From Octopus bimaculoides (Eukaryota), in NCBI RefSeq assembly GCF_001194135.2, contig NC_069002.1:20997340-21061339 (forward strand): 64,000 nucleotides of DNA, read 5' to 3'. Positions 27,949-39,838 of this stretch are shown here, in pieces (the first letter of the stretch is position 1; each line of letters starts with the position of its first letter). A program made the translations under genes and the position numbers. The notes below the pieces were generated by a model. The model did no database searches. It saw only the letters and a list, made by a program, of their open reading frames with translations, and was not told where the DNA came from.

Positions 27949-30073
27949 AAGCGTTTAGAGATAATAACATGATCAAGTGATAAAGACCGATCGGATCTGT
28001 GCCTGACAATTTACTTGAAAAGGATTTAAACTATTCCCTGCCTGTTATAACACAACATCTGGCCACCTATCATACCAGAATCTGTCACTCTAGAAATTCA
28101 ATTTATAATACGGTATTTTAAAAGACATTTAGAAAATTGAGTGTGAAGACTTTCCCCCACATACATAGATATATCCGCACACAAGGGAATGCATTAATAA
28201 TCTCAATGTAGATAGTATTTTAAACGCACACACATACATATACATGTATGTATGTGTGTGTGTGCGCGCGCGCGGTGTAAGAACAAAGCTCGTCAAAGAC
28301 TGATGCCTACAGATGCTTGATAACTTAGGCGTTTCTTCGCAGTAGATGAATTATCGATTCGGTTAATCGTCTAATATTGATGGATTTGTCTTTTAAAACG
28401 AGAAGAAATGTGTGTGGATGCTAAACATGAACGCAGCACGATTTGGACGCAGAAGAGTTGGAAATGTATAACTAAACCGGAATAGAATTGACTGAACATC
28501 CGATATTGTGCATTGATCCTTCAATCCACCTCACAATACACTTTGACAGGCATTAAATATTTTATTAAATGTTCAATATACGAAGTAAAGGGTCCTACAG
28601 ATCTACCAATTCTTTTCCATTTGGTGAATAATTTGTATTAAAGTATTAATTATATTTTTAAGTAATTTTAGAAGATACATAATCATTGTATATAAATGCA
28701 TACGTACATATAATGGTTAATGTGTCAATGGAAAACAATATGAAGCTATTGTTTATTTATTTTTTACTTTTTTCACTTTCCATTAGAATATAAAACACTC
28801 ACAGTTGAGTATGTTTGCATTGAAATGTTTACAATAGCTAAATATACTTAATTTTACTGCTTAGAATTAAATAGAATCATATCATTTAATCACGAGAGAT
28901 ATGAAAGTGCACATATCGCTCAAAATGAGTAAATTTTTATGTTAGATTTATTTTATATAACTTCTGATATTGCTATTTCTGTTTCCCAATTAATTTTACG
29001 AAAAGGAAACAAGGAAAATATTAATAAATCAGTGAAAGTACGTAGTATTAAAAGGTGGAAATGCGGTTAATAGAAAGTAAATAGCTTTGATAGAAAACAC
29101 AAAATTTGTTTACAAAAGATGTAAACTCGTTTACAAATTGCTCTTGCATATCATGGCTTATAATTCAAAAGAAAATTGAACAATAACCTGCATCCACGTA
29201 TTTCATTTCTGATGATTAAATGATATTGAAATGAAAGTTGAAATAATTTGATATTTTGCAGGATGAAAGAAAATAATTTCGACGGCAACAAACAATGAGA
29301 TATTAAGACTGATTTTCATGAAGAACTTTTAGTATTAGAATTATGCCATCCCAGAAGATTTGTATACGTAAATATTGAAAACTTAATAGAAACCTTGAGA
29401 ATAATTCGGCGCAGTACATTTCTTGTTATGATTATTTCATTCTTAATTTAACATTGTTCAGTGATGGAAATAACATTGCTTTCCCAAATTATAAAGAAAA
29501 TTAATCGCACACAAATTTCTATATACGTAGTATCATCGAGACAAATTATTGCCTTGAATATTATGAATATCTACATTACTATGCAACGATCACATTTGGA
29601 TTGATCCTCAGGTGTATGTAAGAGAGAGGTTGTCCTGAATAAATATTCTCTTTCGGTGAATTTGAGGAATTTTAATTTAATAAAATCTTGAAAGATAGTA
29701 AATACTGCGTCCCATAAGGCATGCATGTACGTTGATAAATTTTTCAAAACTAAATGTTATTTCAATATTTTAATTCAATTTCTATTCAGCTATTAATTAA
29801 ATGTTATTAAACAATGTTTTAATATGCCGTCTTTAAATGGAATAATCAATCAAAGCAATGATTGGACAAACTTAAAGATATCGAAATAAACATTTTTATC
29901 GACATCTAAATTATGAATGTTTCTCAAATATTTAGGCAGCAGCAACCTAAATGCCATAAAATGCTGTTGATCACACACACACACACACATGTATGCATGT
30001 ATGTGTGTGCATCTTCAATGGCAACAGCGTGTGCGTCATGAACGGCATACATGTATGCATGGTCATACATGAG

Positions 30074-30125
<52 letters not shown>

Positions 30126-30226
30126 GACTTATGTATGTACATTTATGTATATATCAATGTACACATTATATACAAACACACATACCCGCACGCACGCACA
30201 TACACACATATACTTACATGCATGTA

Positions 30227-30263
<37 letters not shown>

Positions 30264-30335
30264 TTAAATATGTTTGTTTTCTTTTTGATATGCTTGTATG
30301 TGTGTATTATCAAAGGTATCTGGTAGATATGCATA

Positions 30336-30505
30336 CAGGTGGGGCTTCTTTCAGTTTCCACCTATCAAATTCACTCACAACGCTTTGGTTGGCCGAAAGC
30401 TATAATAGAAGGCACTTGTCCAAGGTTTCGTGCAGTGGGACTGAACTCGGAACAATGTGGTTGGAAAGCAAACTTCTTACCCCACAGCCATGCCTTTTCC
30501 ATTTG
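30336..30505 (-). mobile_element. 5' half of SINE family 3 (tRNA-like head)
   Basis: Matches 37258-37430; on the minus strand it has an A-box-like TGGCTGTGGGGTAAG and B-box-like CCGAGTTCAGTCCC. Confidence 0.8.
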
Positions 30506-30634
30506 CGTTTTTACCTTGGAGGTTGCTTTATTTACTCCGTCCACGGTAATTAGATGTTGGCAATCATTTGCTTTTCTGATGATACATCTGAAAATCCAGA
30601 AATATCCGTAGGTTTTATATGAATATTGATTTCA

Positions 30635-30775
30635 AATTATGTTACAAAGCCTGTAATTTCGGTGGATGGGATAAGTCGATTACATTGACCACAACGCCCA
30701 ACAAGATATTATTTTATAGCGAAAAAGATGAAAGGCAAATCAATCCCTGTGGAATTTGAACTGAGAAAATAAGGC
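30635..30775 (-). mobile_element. Old SINE family 2 fragment
   Basis: gtcgattacattgacc...gatgaaaggcaaatc...ggaatttgaactgag. Confidence 0.6.
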
Positions 30776-30810
30776 TGTTCGAAATTCTGCTAAGATTTTA
30801 TATAAATATT

Positions 30811-31007
30811 CCTTTCTACTAAGCATAAGGCCTGAAATTTGTGGTGAGTGGGGTCAGTCGTTTACATCGAACCCAGTGTTTTACCAGTACTTAATTCATC
30901 GATCTCAAAAGGATGAAAGGCAAAATCGACTCCGGTGGAATTTGAGCTCAGAACCTGAAGATAGACGAAATACCGCTAGTGCTAACATCTCTGCCATTCG
31001 CCGCCTT
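30811..31007 (-). mobile_element. SINE family 2 copy (tandem pair, first)
   Basis: Nearly full body; flanked by gattttRtataaatatt. Confidence 0.85.
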
Positions 31008-31024
31008 GATTTTGTATAAATATT

Positions 31025-31239
31025 CTTTACTACTTTAGACACAAGGCCCGAAATTTTGAGAGAGAGGGGCAGTCGTTTAGATCGACCACAGTATGCAACT
31101 GGTACTTAAATTATCGACCGCGAAAATATTAAAGGCAAAGTGGACCTCGGTGGGCTTTGAACGCAGAACGTAAAGACAGACGAAAGACCCCTAAGCATTT
31201 CTCCCTGCAGTGCTAACGTTTCTGCCAGCTCGGCGCTTT
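31025..31239 (-). mobile_element. SINE family 2 copy (tandem pair, second)
   Basis: Full body; flanked by gattttgtataaatatt on both sides. Confidence 0.85.
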
Positions 31240-32869
31240 GATTTTGTATAAATATTAACATGGTGAATGAAGTGAGCGAGTTTTTTTATTGCATAATCCG
31301 TCAATTGATTCATCAGCATTTTACAGAAGAATACTGATGCATTTCTTTTATTATATGCAGTACAATTTATTATATTTATTATATAATACGAGATTGCAAA
31401 TTTGGTGACGAAGCAATTGTGGAATCATGCCATAAATGAATTGCTCATCCTATTTTCCTCGTTAATATATATTTGTGCGTATATATGTGTGTATTGGAGT
31501 ATTTGTGTGCGTGTGAAAGAGTGAAGAGAAATAATGTTATTCCATTATACAAATACTTTTGATGTGAAATAGCATGTTTCATTCACCCTACATAATATAC
31601 CACAGCAAGCATTCTTGCCCAAACAATCCTGACGCTTCGCAAGTTTCTTAGTTCACGCTTCATATGGCTATATATCACATGTAATTATAAGATACGGGGC
31701 GGGTGGGTTGTAAAATCAATATACCATCCGACACAAGTCGCGACGATAAATGATATCAAGATACATTATCACATTCGGCCTTCGTAGATCGATAAAATAC
31801 TTATTGAAATCGATGTAACCGAACATATCTTAACAGCCGAAGCTTTGTGTCGATCTTGTCATAGAAATTAAAACAAACAATGACCTTTGATCCTTTCAAT
31901 ATTGTAGTAGTTTTATAATATTCTCTTTTATAAGTAAATATTTTTTGTAATGTTGCATCCATCTTGTTAAAATTGCCAGATGGTATTTAAGGGTGTGTTG
32001 CCAGTTATTAATTGCAATACGATTGTTCATAGGTTCCATCTCTTGTAACAATTTATTGTGTGTATGTTTGGGTATGTGTGAGCTTCACTCATGTATAAGT
32101 GATATCCACGGATAAATAATAAAGCATATGGAAGAGAAAAAGCGGTAGATCTGTGAAACAGTTACGTGCAACTCCTACCAAATGCATTGAGAGCCACTTT
32201 CTTTCATTGACCACTCACACCTATGCGTGTATGTGTGTATGTATGTATGTATTTATGTATGTATATATGTACGCATGCATGCATGTAAGTATATATTTAC
32301 ATATGTAGGTATGCATGTATGTATGTATTTATGCATGCATACATGTATGTATTCATGTATGTGTGAATGTGTGTATGTATGCATGCATGTGTGTATGTAT
32401 GTATGTATGCATGCGAGTATATATGTACGTATGCATGCCTATATATATGTATGTACGTACGTATTCATGCATGCAAGTATGTATGCATCTCTATCTATAT
32501 GTGTGTTTGTGAAAACAAGTATGTGTGTATCCGTGTGTATGTGTGTTTGTTGATAATTATTCGTTATTTGTTCATTCACAAATAATCAACAAAATATATA
32601 CACATGTGACGTTCGTATTTCCTATCTCTGAAAATGGCCCGATTACCTGCTTTATGAATTTCGGGGGCTTAATAGGCGAATATTCACAATTAAAATACAC
32701 AGTTATAGCGTCGGCACGAAACAGCAGCATGTTTGTCTAAACATTTGTCGTTCTGTGAATGAGCAACGTTGAGCAAGATGTTCCAAAATGGAATGATCTA
32801 AGTTACACTTTCTCAAGATCTTTAAAATCTCCTTTTTCATCCATCGGCTGACCGAGAACCAACTGATGT

Positions 32870-33122
32870 TATGCTATTTGACTCTCAATCATAAGCTCTT
32901 TTCCTGTCTTGAGCAAGGCACTTTAATTCACATTGCGCGATTCCATTCAACTGGCAAAAATTAAGCTGTACATGTATTTTAAACGGCCATCCTCGTCTCA
33001 TCGTGTTACGCTGAATCACCCTGAGAACTGCATTAAGAGGTTCCGGTTCATTTCAGTATCACGAGCTGGCTGTTCCATTGATCGGATCAACTGCAACCTT
33101 CGTCGAGGTTACAGACGGAGTA
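32870..33122 (+). mobile_element. Decayed SINE related to families 1 and 4
   Basis: cttgagcaaggcacttta.ttcac central motif, plus a 3' part gctgttccattgatcggatcaactg matching family 1. Confidence 0.6.
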
Positions 33123-33614
33123 CCATACACGCACACACACATAGCATCACCACACACAGTACTCCATAATATACAGACACGCTACTCCTAATCCAAACCC
33201 GCACACACACATAAAATACATATGTACACATATACACTTCACACACCTACACAAACAAGTTTCTCACACGCGCAATTGCCAATTTCGCACTCTCTGGCCT
33301 TCACAAGATATATATTATATTTCTCTCGAAATTCCTCTCATTGATTTTATAACCATGTAATGATACGTGTGCTTTTATCAGGACTATCTGCTCTTTCCTC
33401 TTTTTTTTCTATTCTGGACTTCTCTTTCCGACGAAGACCCATGGTCGAGACATCATTTCCACTTTTCCTTTTAAAATTTTCAGTAAGCGTCAATCTAAAA
33501 TATAAACTTTATACAAGTATATTCACTTTAGTTATTTGCTCCCGGGTTTTTTCTATTATGGATTTTCCTATATCTACCTATCTTTCTATCTATCTATCTA
33601 TCTATCTATCTATA

Positions 33615-33667
<53 letters not shown>

Positions 33668-33782
33668 GTCTATCTAAAATATAGATATACAGGGCAGGGA
33701 ATTGTCAATTAGTAATAAAATTAATAATTAACAATTTTGCCGGGTAGCTCAGTATGAAAAAACCTTATCGGTAAAACCATTT

Positions 33783-34153
33783 ATAATCATAAATATATAG
33801 GGATTAGCAGTATTCTGCTTCTCCAACTTACTGAGAATTCAGAAATAGCAGCCAAAGAACTACTGATTATTTAGACGTGAGTTATTTAGACATTAGCAAA
33901 TTTATTAGAATATTTAGCTGAAGATCAGAATGGGGTATTTCATGCTCTTAACTGTGAAACGTCGTACTAAATTAACTAAAGGCAAGTTGTTTTTTTACTC
34001 TTCTCTTCTGTTTTTTATTCTGTGTGTATCATAAATATCGCTATCAATTTAGAGAAAAATTTGTAGTTTTGGAATCAGTAGTTCTTTGGCTGCTATTTCT
34101 GAATTCTCAGTAAGTTGGAGAAGCGGAATACTGCTAATCCCTATATATTTATG

Positions 34154-34158
<5 letters not shown>
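33783..34158. repeat. 86-bp near-perfect inverted repeat (33783-33868 / 34073-34158) with a 204-bp spacer
   Basis: The arms are reverse complements with one mismatch (attctgc vs attccgc); (CTAT)n lies on both sides of the unit. Confidence 0.95.
33912..33972 (+). ncRNA. Candidate type-I hammerhead ribozyme
   Basis: Stem I atttag/ctaaat; core CTGAAGA; stem II (t)cag...ctg(t); GAAA; stem III ACG-t-CGT; predicted GUA cleavage after 33966. Confidence 0.7.
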
Positions 34159-34225
<67 letters not shown>

Positions 34226-34477
34226 CAAGCATGTGAGCAAGTGTAACCTTTGTAAGGTTTCTCACAATGATCTACAGCCATGTCTGACAACAATTTCAGG
34301 AGTGAAATTACTTTTCAAATTCGTTTTTTCATTTTATCCTTCTTTAACAAACATCTGTATAACGATACAGAGTTAAAAACTTATACAGAAATGTACATAC
34401 ATACAAACACACATATCTACTTGCCCACTGTACTGTCCGCAAAAACTAGAAGATGGTGGAAACACTACCAAGCTCAA

Positions 34478-35085
34478 AGTTAATGGTCGAGGGATGGAAA
34501 TTGACAATAGGTGGATCGTGCCCTACAACCCCTTGCTGTGTAAAACATTGCAGGCCCATGTTAATGTTGAGTCATGCAACTCTATAAAAAGTATTAAATA
34601 TGTGTGTACATAGATCAATAAGGACTCAGATGAGGCAGTTTTTGGACTTAAACAGGATCGCAGTCAAGCAGATTAAATGAGGCAATGTGGCGCGTCCTGG
34701 GTTTCCAGATCGACGAGCGGCATCCAACAATGGTGAATCTAACGGTGCATCTTGAAAATATCCAGCGTGTTTATTTCACAGAAGACAATGTTCGAAACGT
34801 AGTTCTCAATCCACCAGACAGCTTTCTTCAAATTATTCCAATGTGCTATATATGCCCGGACATTGTTGTATGTTGAAGTCTCCGTATACTAAACATGGGT
34901 ACACTATAGATGGAACAGACGCAAGCAAGGAACGTGCGTTGAGGGCTAGGAAGAAGATACTTTCTTCAGACGTGGGGGAGGGGATATCGGGTAGGTGTAC
35001 ACTGTGCACCCTAATCTGCGTCTACTGCTGCACACTGTCAGTCCTTGGAAGACACAATAGGGAAGTCTGCACGACCTACATAAAA
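34478..35085 (+). mobile_element. Helitron RepHel internal fragment
   Basis: EIDNRWIVPYNPLLCKTLQAHVNVESCNSIKSIKYVC, EAMWRVLGFQIDERHPTMVNLTVHLENIQRVYFTEDN, RVYTVHPN..LRLLLHTV. Confidence 0.92.
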
Positions 35086-35706
35086 AACTGTAATGTTTGT
35101 CAGTGTTTTAAATGTATTTATATTGTACATGCTATTTAATTTTTAAATCTATATGCCAATTCATTTGTATGTCTACTGTAAATCGAAATGTCAGTGTGTT
35201 TCCTCAGCCATTGTAAACCCATTTCAACACTAGCGCCCTAAGGGTAATATACTTTGGGAACGCACAAGAACCCTTTTCAGAGTTATTTACTTTGAATTGT
35301 TATTATCTCATATCCGATTTGCCTGTTATTACGTAAGATTCTCCATGATTTTGGTACAAATACCTTATTGGTATTTCCTCCTAAATTCTACATACTTTAG
35401 GAACGCATTAATCCCTTTTCGGTGTTAGTTTATTTGTATTCTTACTATCGGGTAGCTAATTTCATGTTATTACGTAACTAACTACATGATTTGGGTATTT
35501 ATAACTTATTGGGAATTCCTAAAAGCAAGATCCTATATAAGGCAGTTCGGTATTTTCTGTAAATGCACAAAAACAGTTTTAAGAGCTACATACATTGTAT
35601 TGTTGTTATTGGATTAGCAAAACAGTTATGAGAACGGAACCAAGGGATAAGTCCTACTTTTCCGGGAATTACTGGGTACGTGAGCTAGTACATATATATA
35701 CAGACA

Positions 35707-35751
<45 letters not shown>

Positions 35752-36067
35752 GTCTATCTATCTATATTCATATCTGTCTCCTTCCTTTTTTGAACTGACC
35801 AGCAGTATAGATGTAAACACAATTCCTTCCTCTTCTTTTCTTCCTTCTTTCTTTTCTTCTCTTTTCCCTTGATACTCCTTTCAGATACACAGGCACAGAC
35901 ACGCACACACGCACACACACACACACACACACACACTCTCTCTCTCTCTCTCTCTCTCTCTCACTTTTCCCCCATTCTTCACCCTCTTTTACTATCCTAT
36001 ATATCTCTCTCCACCCCCACACATTCAATAGTACTATAAAAAGAGACAAATCCTTTGAAGTGAAATC

Positions 36068-36108
36068 ATATCTGAAGAACCTACAAGAATAGGTGCAAGC
36101 ACTAATAT
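36068..36108 (+). ncRNA. Decayed minimal hammerhead motif
   Basis: atat-CTGAAGA-ACCTA-caagaa-TAGGT-GCAA-GCAC-TA-atat; GAAA is mutated to GCAA. Confidence 0.5.
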
Positions 36109-36359
36109 TTATAAGATATGAGACATATTATTAAAAATCTGTAAGTGTACAACCATCCAAATATCTGAGTACCTTATTATCTTTTCTAATATTTATTATT
36201 TCTATTTTCTATTTTCTCACCCTGTTTATTTTTGTGTTCCACTCTGTCGAAGGGCGTAGGCTCGAAACGTAAAATACTTTCTCACTTCGCGGGCCTTAAA
36301 CTAATACATCTATTTGTTGTTTACACATCCGTCTTCCTCTTTTGTCTTTTCGTAAATTC

Positions 36360-36393
<34 letters not shown>

Positions 36394-36452
36394 NNNNNNN
36401 NNNATATGTGTGTGTACGTGTGTGTGTGTGTGTATGTGTGTTTATATGTATG

Positions 36453-36483
<31 letters not shown>

Positions 36484-37004
36484 GCATGCATATTTGGGTG
36501 TGTTTTTTATGTATGTACCTCGTACATTCGTTGCATATCTATTTATCTCTGGTTCCATTTATCCATTTACTCATTCACTAATTATATATCTCAGCATTTA
36601 TCTTTCTTTAAAACGGTGCTGTAGTTAGTGTCATAACTTAAAGTTCCGTTGTAATTTCATTAATATTTAGAAGAAAATCAATTGTTTCTCACTTCATTTC
36701 AAACATTTCTCATCAATTTTAGTATGGGAAAAACGAACATGTTATATAAAACGTATCTCAAGAATTGCCAATATTTTAGATATTCAATTATAATCTTTCT
36801 CACCAATGCCGAAAATCGACTTAACTTGTGAAAGAAGTACCATATGACTAGCGAAAACAATACAAATGACCTAATTTCTCAAAATATATAAATATGTCAC
36901 TTAGATACGACAGTGATTAACATATGCTTATTAATATATATGTATACATATAAGTATGTACATATATATGTGCCCATGTATATATGTTTGTGTATCTCTT
37001 TTAC

Positions 37005-37430
37005 TCTTTACTCTTTTACTCTTTTACTTATTTCAGTCATTTGACTGCGGCTATGCTGGGGCACCACCTGTAGTCGAACAAATCGACCCCAGGACTTAAT
37101 CTTTGTGAGCCTAGTGCTTATTCTATCGGTAGCTTTTGCCGAACAGTAAGTTACGGGGACGTAAACACACCACCATTGGTTGTCAAGCGATGCTGGGGGG
37201 GGGGCAAACACAGACGCACAAACATATACACACACATAAATACATATATACATATACACGACGGCCTTCTTTCAGTTTCCGTCTACCAAATCCACTCACA
37301 AGGCTTTGGTCGGACCTAAGATGCCACACAGGTGCCACACAGGTGTCACAGGGCCCCAAGGTGTCACACAGTACGAATGAACCCGGAACTATGTGGTTAG
37401 TAAGCAAGCTACTTACCATACAGCCACTCC
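37005..37430 (-). mobile_element. Full-length SINE family 3
   Basis: tRNA-like head (GGAGTGGCTGTATGGTAAG...CCGGGTTC), central (TA/TG) microsatellite, 3' tail of (AAAAGAGT)n; small internal tandem duplication of gccacacaggt. Confidence 0.9.
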
Positions 37431-37441
37431 TACATACATAT

Positions 37442-37492
<51 letters not shown>

Positions 37493-37501
37493 CGTACATG
37501 C

Positions 37502-37561
<60 letters not shown>

Positions 37562-37651
37562 ACACAGGTCTGTAAACAACATGCATGAAACACACAGCAA
37601 CAGATACAATTTTATTTTCTCTTTGTTTCTTTTGTAATATATTTACATTAG

Positions 37652-37980
37652 TGCGAAGGCGCATGACCCAGTAGTTAGAGCATCGAGCGTGAGGTTGTAA
37701 CTTCTATTCCCGGACCGGGCTACGTGTTGTGTTCTTCAGCAAGACACTTTATTTCACGTCGCTCGAGTTAACTCAGCTGTAGAAATGAGTTGCGATGTCA
37801 CAGGTGCCAAATTGTATCGGCCTTTGTCTTTGCCTTGGATAACATCAGTGGTGTGGAGAGGGCAGGCTGGTATGCATGGGCGACTGCTGGCCTTCCATAA
37901 ACAACATTGCCCGGACTTGTGCCTTGGAGGGTAAATTTCTAGGTACAATCCCATGGTCAGTCATGACCGAAGAGGGTCTC
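37652..37980 (+). mobile_element. tRNA-derived SINE family 4
   Basis: Head gcgcatgacccagtagttag, central gttgtgttcttcagcaagacactttatttcacg domain; the 3' part matches the reverse complement of 52729-52940. Confidence 0.85.
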
Positions 37981-38097
37981 CCATATTTACATTTGTGTTT
38001 TTTAAAAGATTAAAACATTCTTGTAAAGAGTAGGTAGGCAAAATCGATGTAGAGGAACTAACAAATGCATGTCGGAGAGGTATCGATTAAATTCTTT

Positions 38098-38143
<46 letters not shown>

Positions 38144-38723
38144 GCATTGCTATATTGTTATATATATACATATACATTGTACATTGTTAGACAGGTAGAC
38201 ATACTTATATATATATAAAAAAAGTATACACTAAAGCAGATATACCGAAGAATACAAGATTAATAAGCATATATGTCACATACACACCACACACACATCT
38301 ATATCTATCTATCAACTTATATATATAAAATTACTGTTACGAAAAGTCGAAATGCGTGGCTTTCAGTAATTCCATAATTCAAAAATGCATTAAATACTAA
38401 AATACGTACAAGTAGGACACAGAAGGACTCGAATTCTTCATCAGTAATCAACCGAAAATACTAATACGTAGTTTCGTGCCTTTAACGATAAGATGGAATA
38501 TTGTATATCGGAAGCGCCTGCAAGATTTGCGTAGAATTAGGGGTCGAGCAAACAGAACAATACAGGGTGGACCTACGAAGGTAAACAAAGACAATAAATA
38601 ACGGCTTACTGCCAAACACCACGGTGATGGATTAACGCTTGAAATCCTCACATGGATCTGAAAACAGAATTTGTAAGAGAGGAGATACCTACCTATCTCT
38701 CGCTCTCTCTCTCTCTCTCCCTC

Positions 38724-38764
<41 letters not shown>

Positions 38765-38799
38765 ACACACATATATATATATATATATATATATTTCAC

Positions 38800-39270
38800 T
38801 AAATTCGGCTATGGGTGGGGTCTCTGCTGGAACACCACCTGTCAATGTGAGTGGATTTACTTTCCGTACTCTTTGTGTCGAATTAGCATGTTGGACGGAG
38901 CCGCTCTTCTTTGTGCAACCTACCATGATATGTGCTTATCAGGTGTTTTAGATACAAATTTGTCCAATCCTTCTTAGAAAACCTTCGTATCTTCACTCCA
39001 CATATCTCTGATGTTGTTTGGCAGAATTTTGAATAATTGTTGACCCCGAAAACTTAGCTGTTACAGTGCTGGGAAGACGCGATCTTAAGTATTACGCAGT
39101 GCCAGCCTGTTGAATTGGTGGTATAGCTTCAATTCCAAAGCGGAATTGTAAACCTTATATTACTGCATATTTTTCATGCCTTTTTTGCTAGGGAGAAGAA
39201 CTTCAGTTCCTTTACTCTCTCCTACTAGCTCATCTGTTTCTTGGAGGCCTTCTAACACGAGGAAAACAGT
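38800..39270 (-). mobile_element. CR1/L2-group LINE 3' end remnant
   Basis: Minus strand, across frameshifts: KELKFFSLAK..EKYAVI, FRGQQLFKILPNNIRDM, GLDKFVSKTPDK, QRRAAPSNMLI. Confidence 0.65.
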
Positions 39271-39274
39271 AAAG

Positions 39275-39838
39275 TTGGGGGTAAGAGTCTCATCCATTAT
39301 GGTACATAAAAAGTGATGGTTCAAAAAAGTTAAATTTGACTGTAACTTGGATAATGCCTAATACATCTAGTTTCTAAAGGACAGGTCGATATCAGACTTG
39401 GAAGAAGGCGAGATTTTCCAGCATGATAGGGCACCATGCTAAAGATCACGTGCAGCACAACCGAGTCTGGCTGATGGAGATGTTACCGCATTGAAAGAGA
39501 GGCCTCCTAAGAGTCTTCACTTAAGTATCATCGAACAAATCTGGGCTGAGCTAAAGTTCGTTAGAAGAATCCATGAAATCTTGAAGGGTTATAGGTGCTC
39601 AACTACAGAGAATGGCATCTCCTACGCGAGAAGATCTTGAAGGATTTGTACGCATCGATTCTCAGGCACATTGCAACAATTGTTCAAGCTAAGGGAAGCC
39701 ACAAGAAATATTAACAATGTGCAGTAACTTCTAGAAATGGACATTATATAATAAAATTTCATTATATATATAATTCTGTTTTAAAACACTGTATCTTGAT
39801 TCGCTTAAGTGAGGTGGCCGAAAACTTATGCACGGCCA
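39275..39838 (+). mobile_element. Tc1-like transposase C-terminal remnant plus right end
   Basis: IFQHDRAPC*RS...RPPKSLHLSIIEQIWAELK, LKDLYASILRHIATIVQAKGSHKKY*; ends in the TIR-like ggccgaaaacttatgcacgg. Confidence 0.85.

Noticed and set aside
29245-29340. Acceptor-like ttttgcag|G (similar sites at about 712, 2715 and 7990)
   Set aside because: No matching donor or sensible open frame.
30794-31256. Repeat-spacer-repeat pattern superficially like CRISPR
   Set aside because: The spacers are 200-bp homologous SINEs, there are no cas genes, and the context is eukaryotic.
38420-38450. Minus-strand CTGATGA-AGAATTC-GAG, hammerhead-like
   Set aside because: No GAAA, stem III or stem I; at best a remnant.
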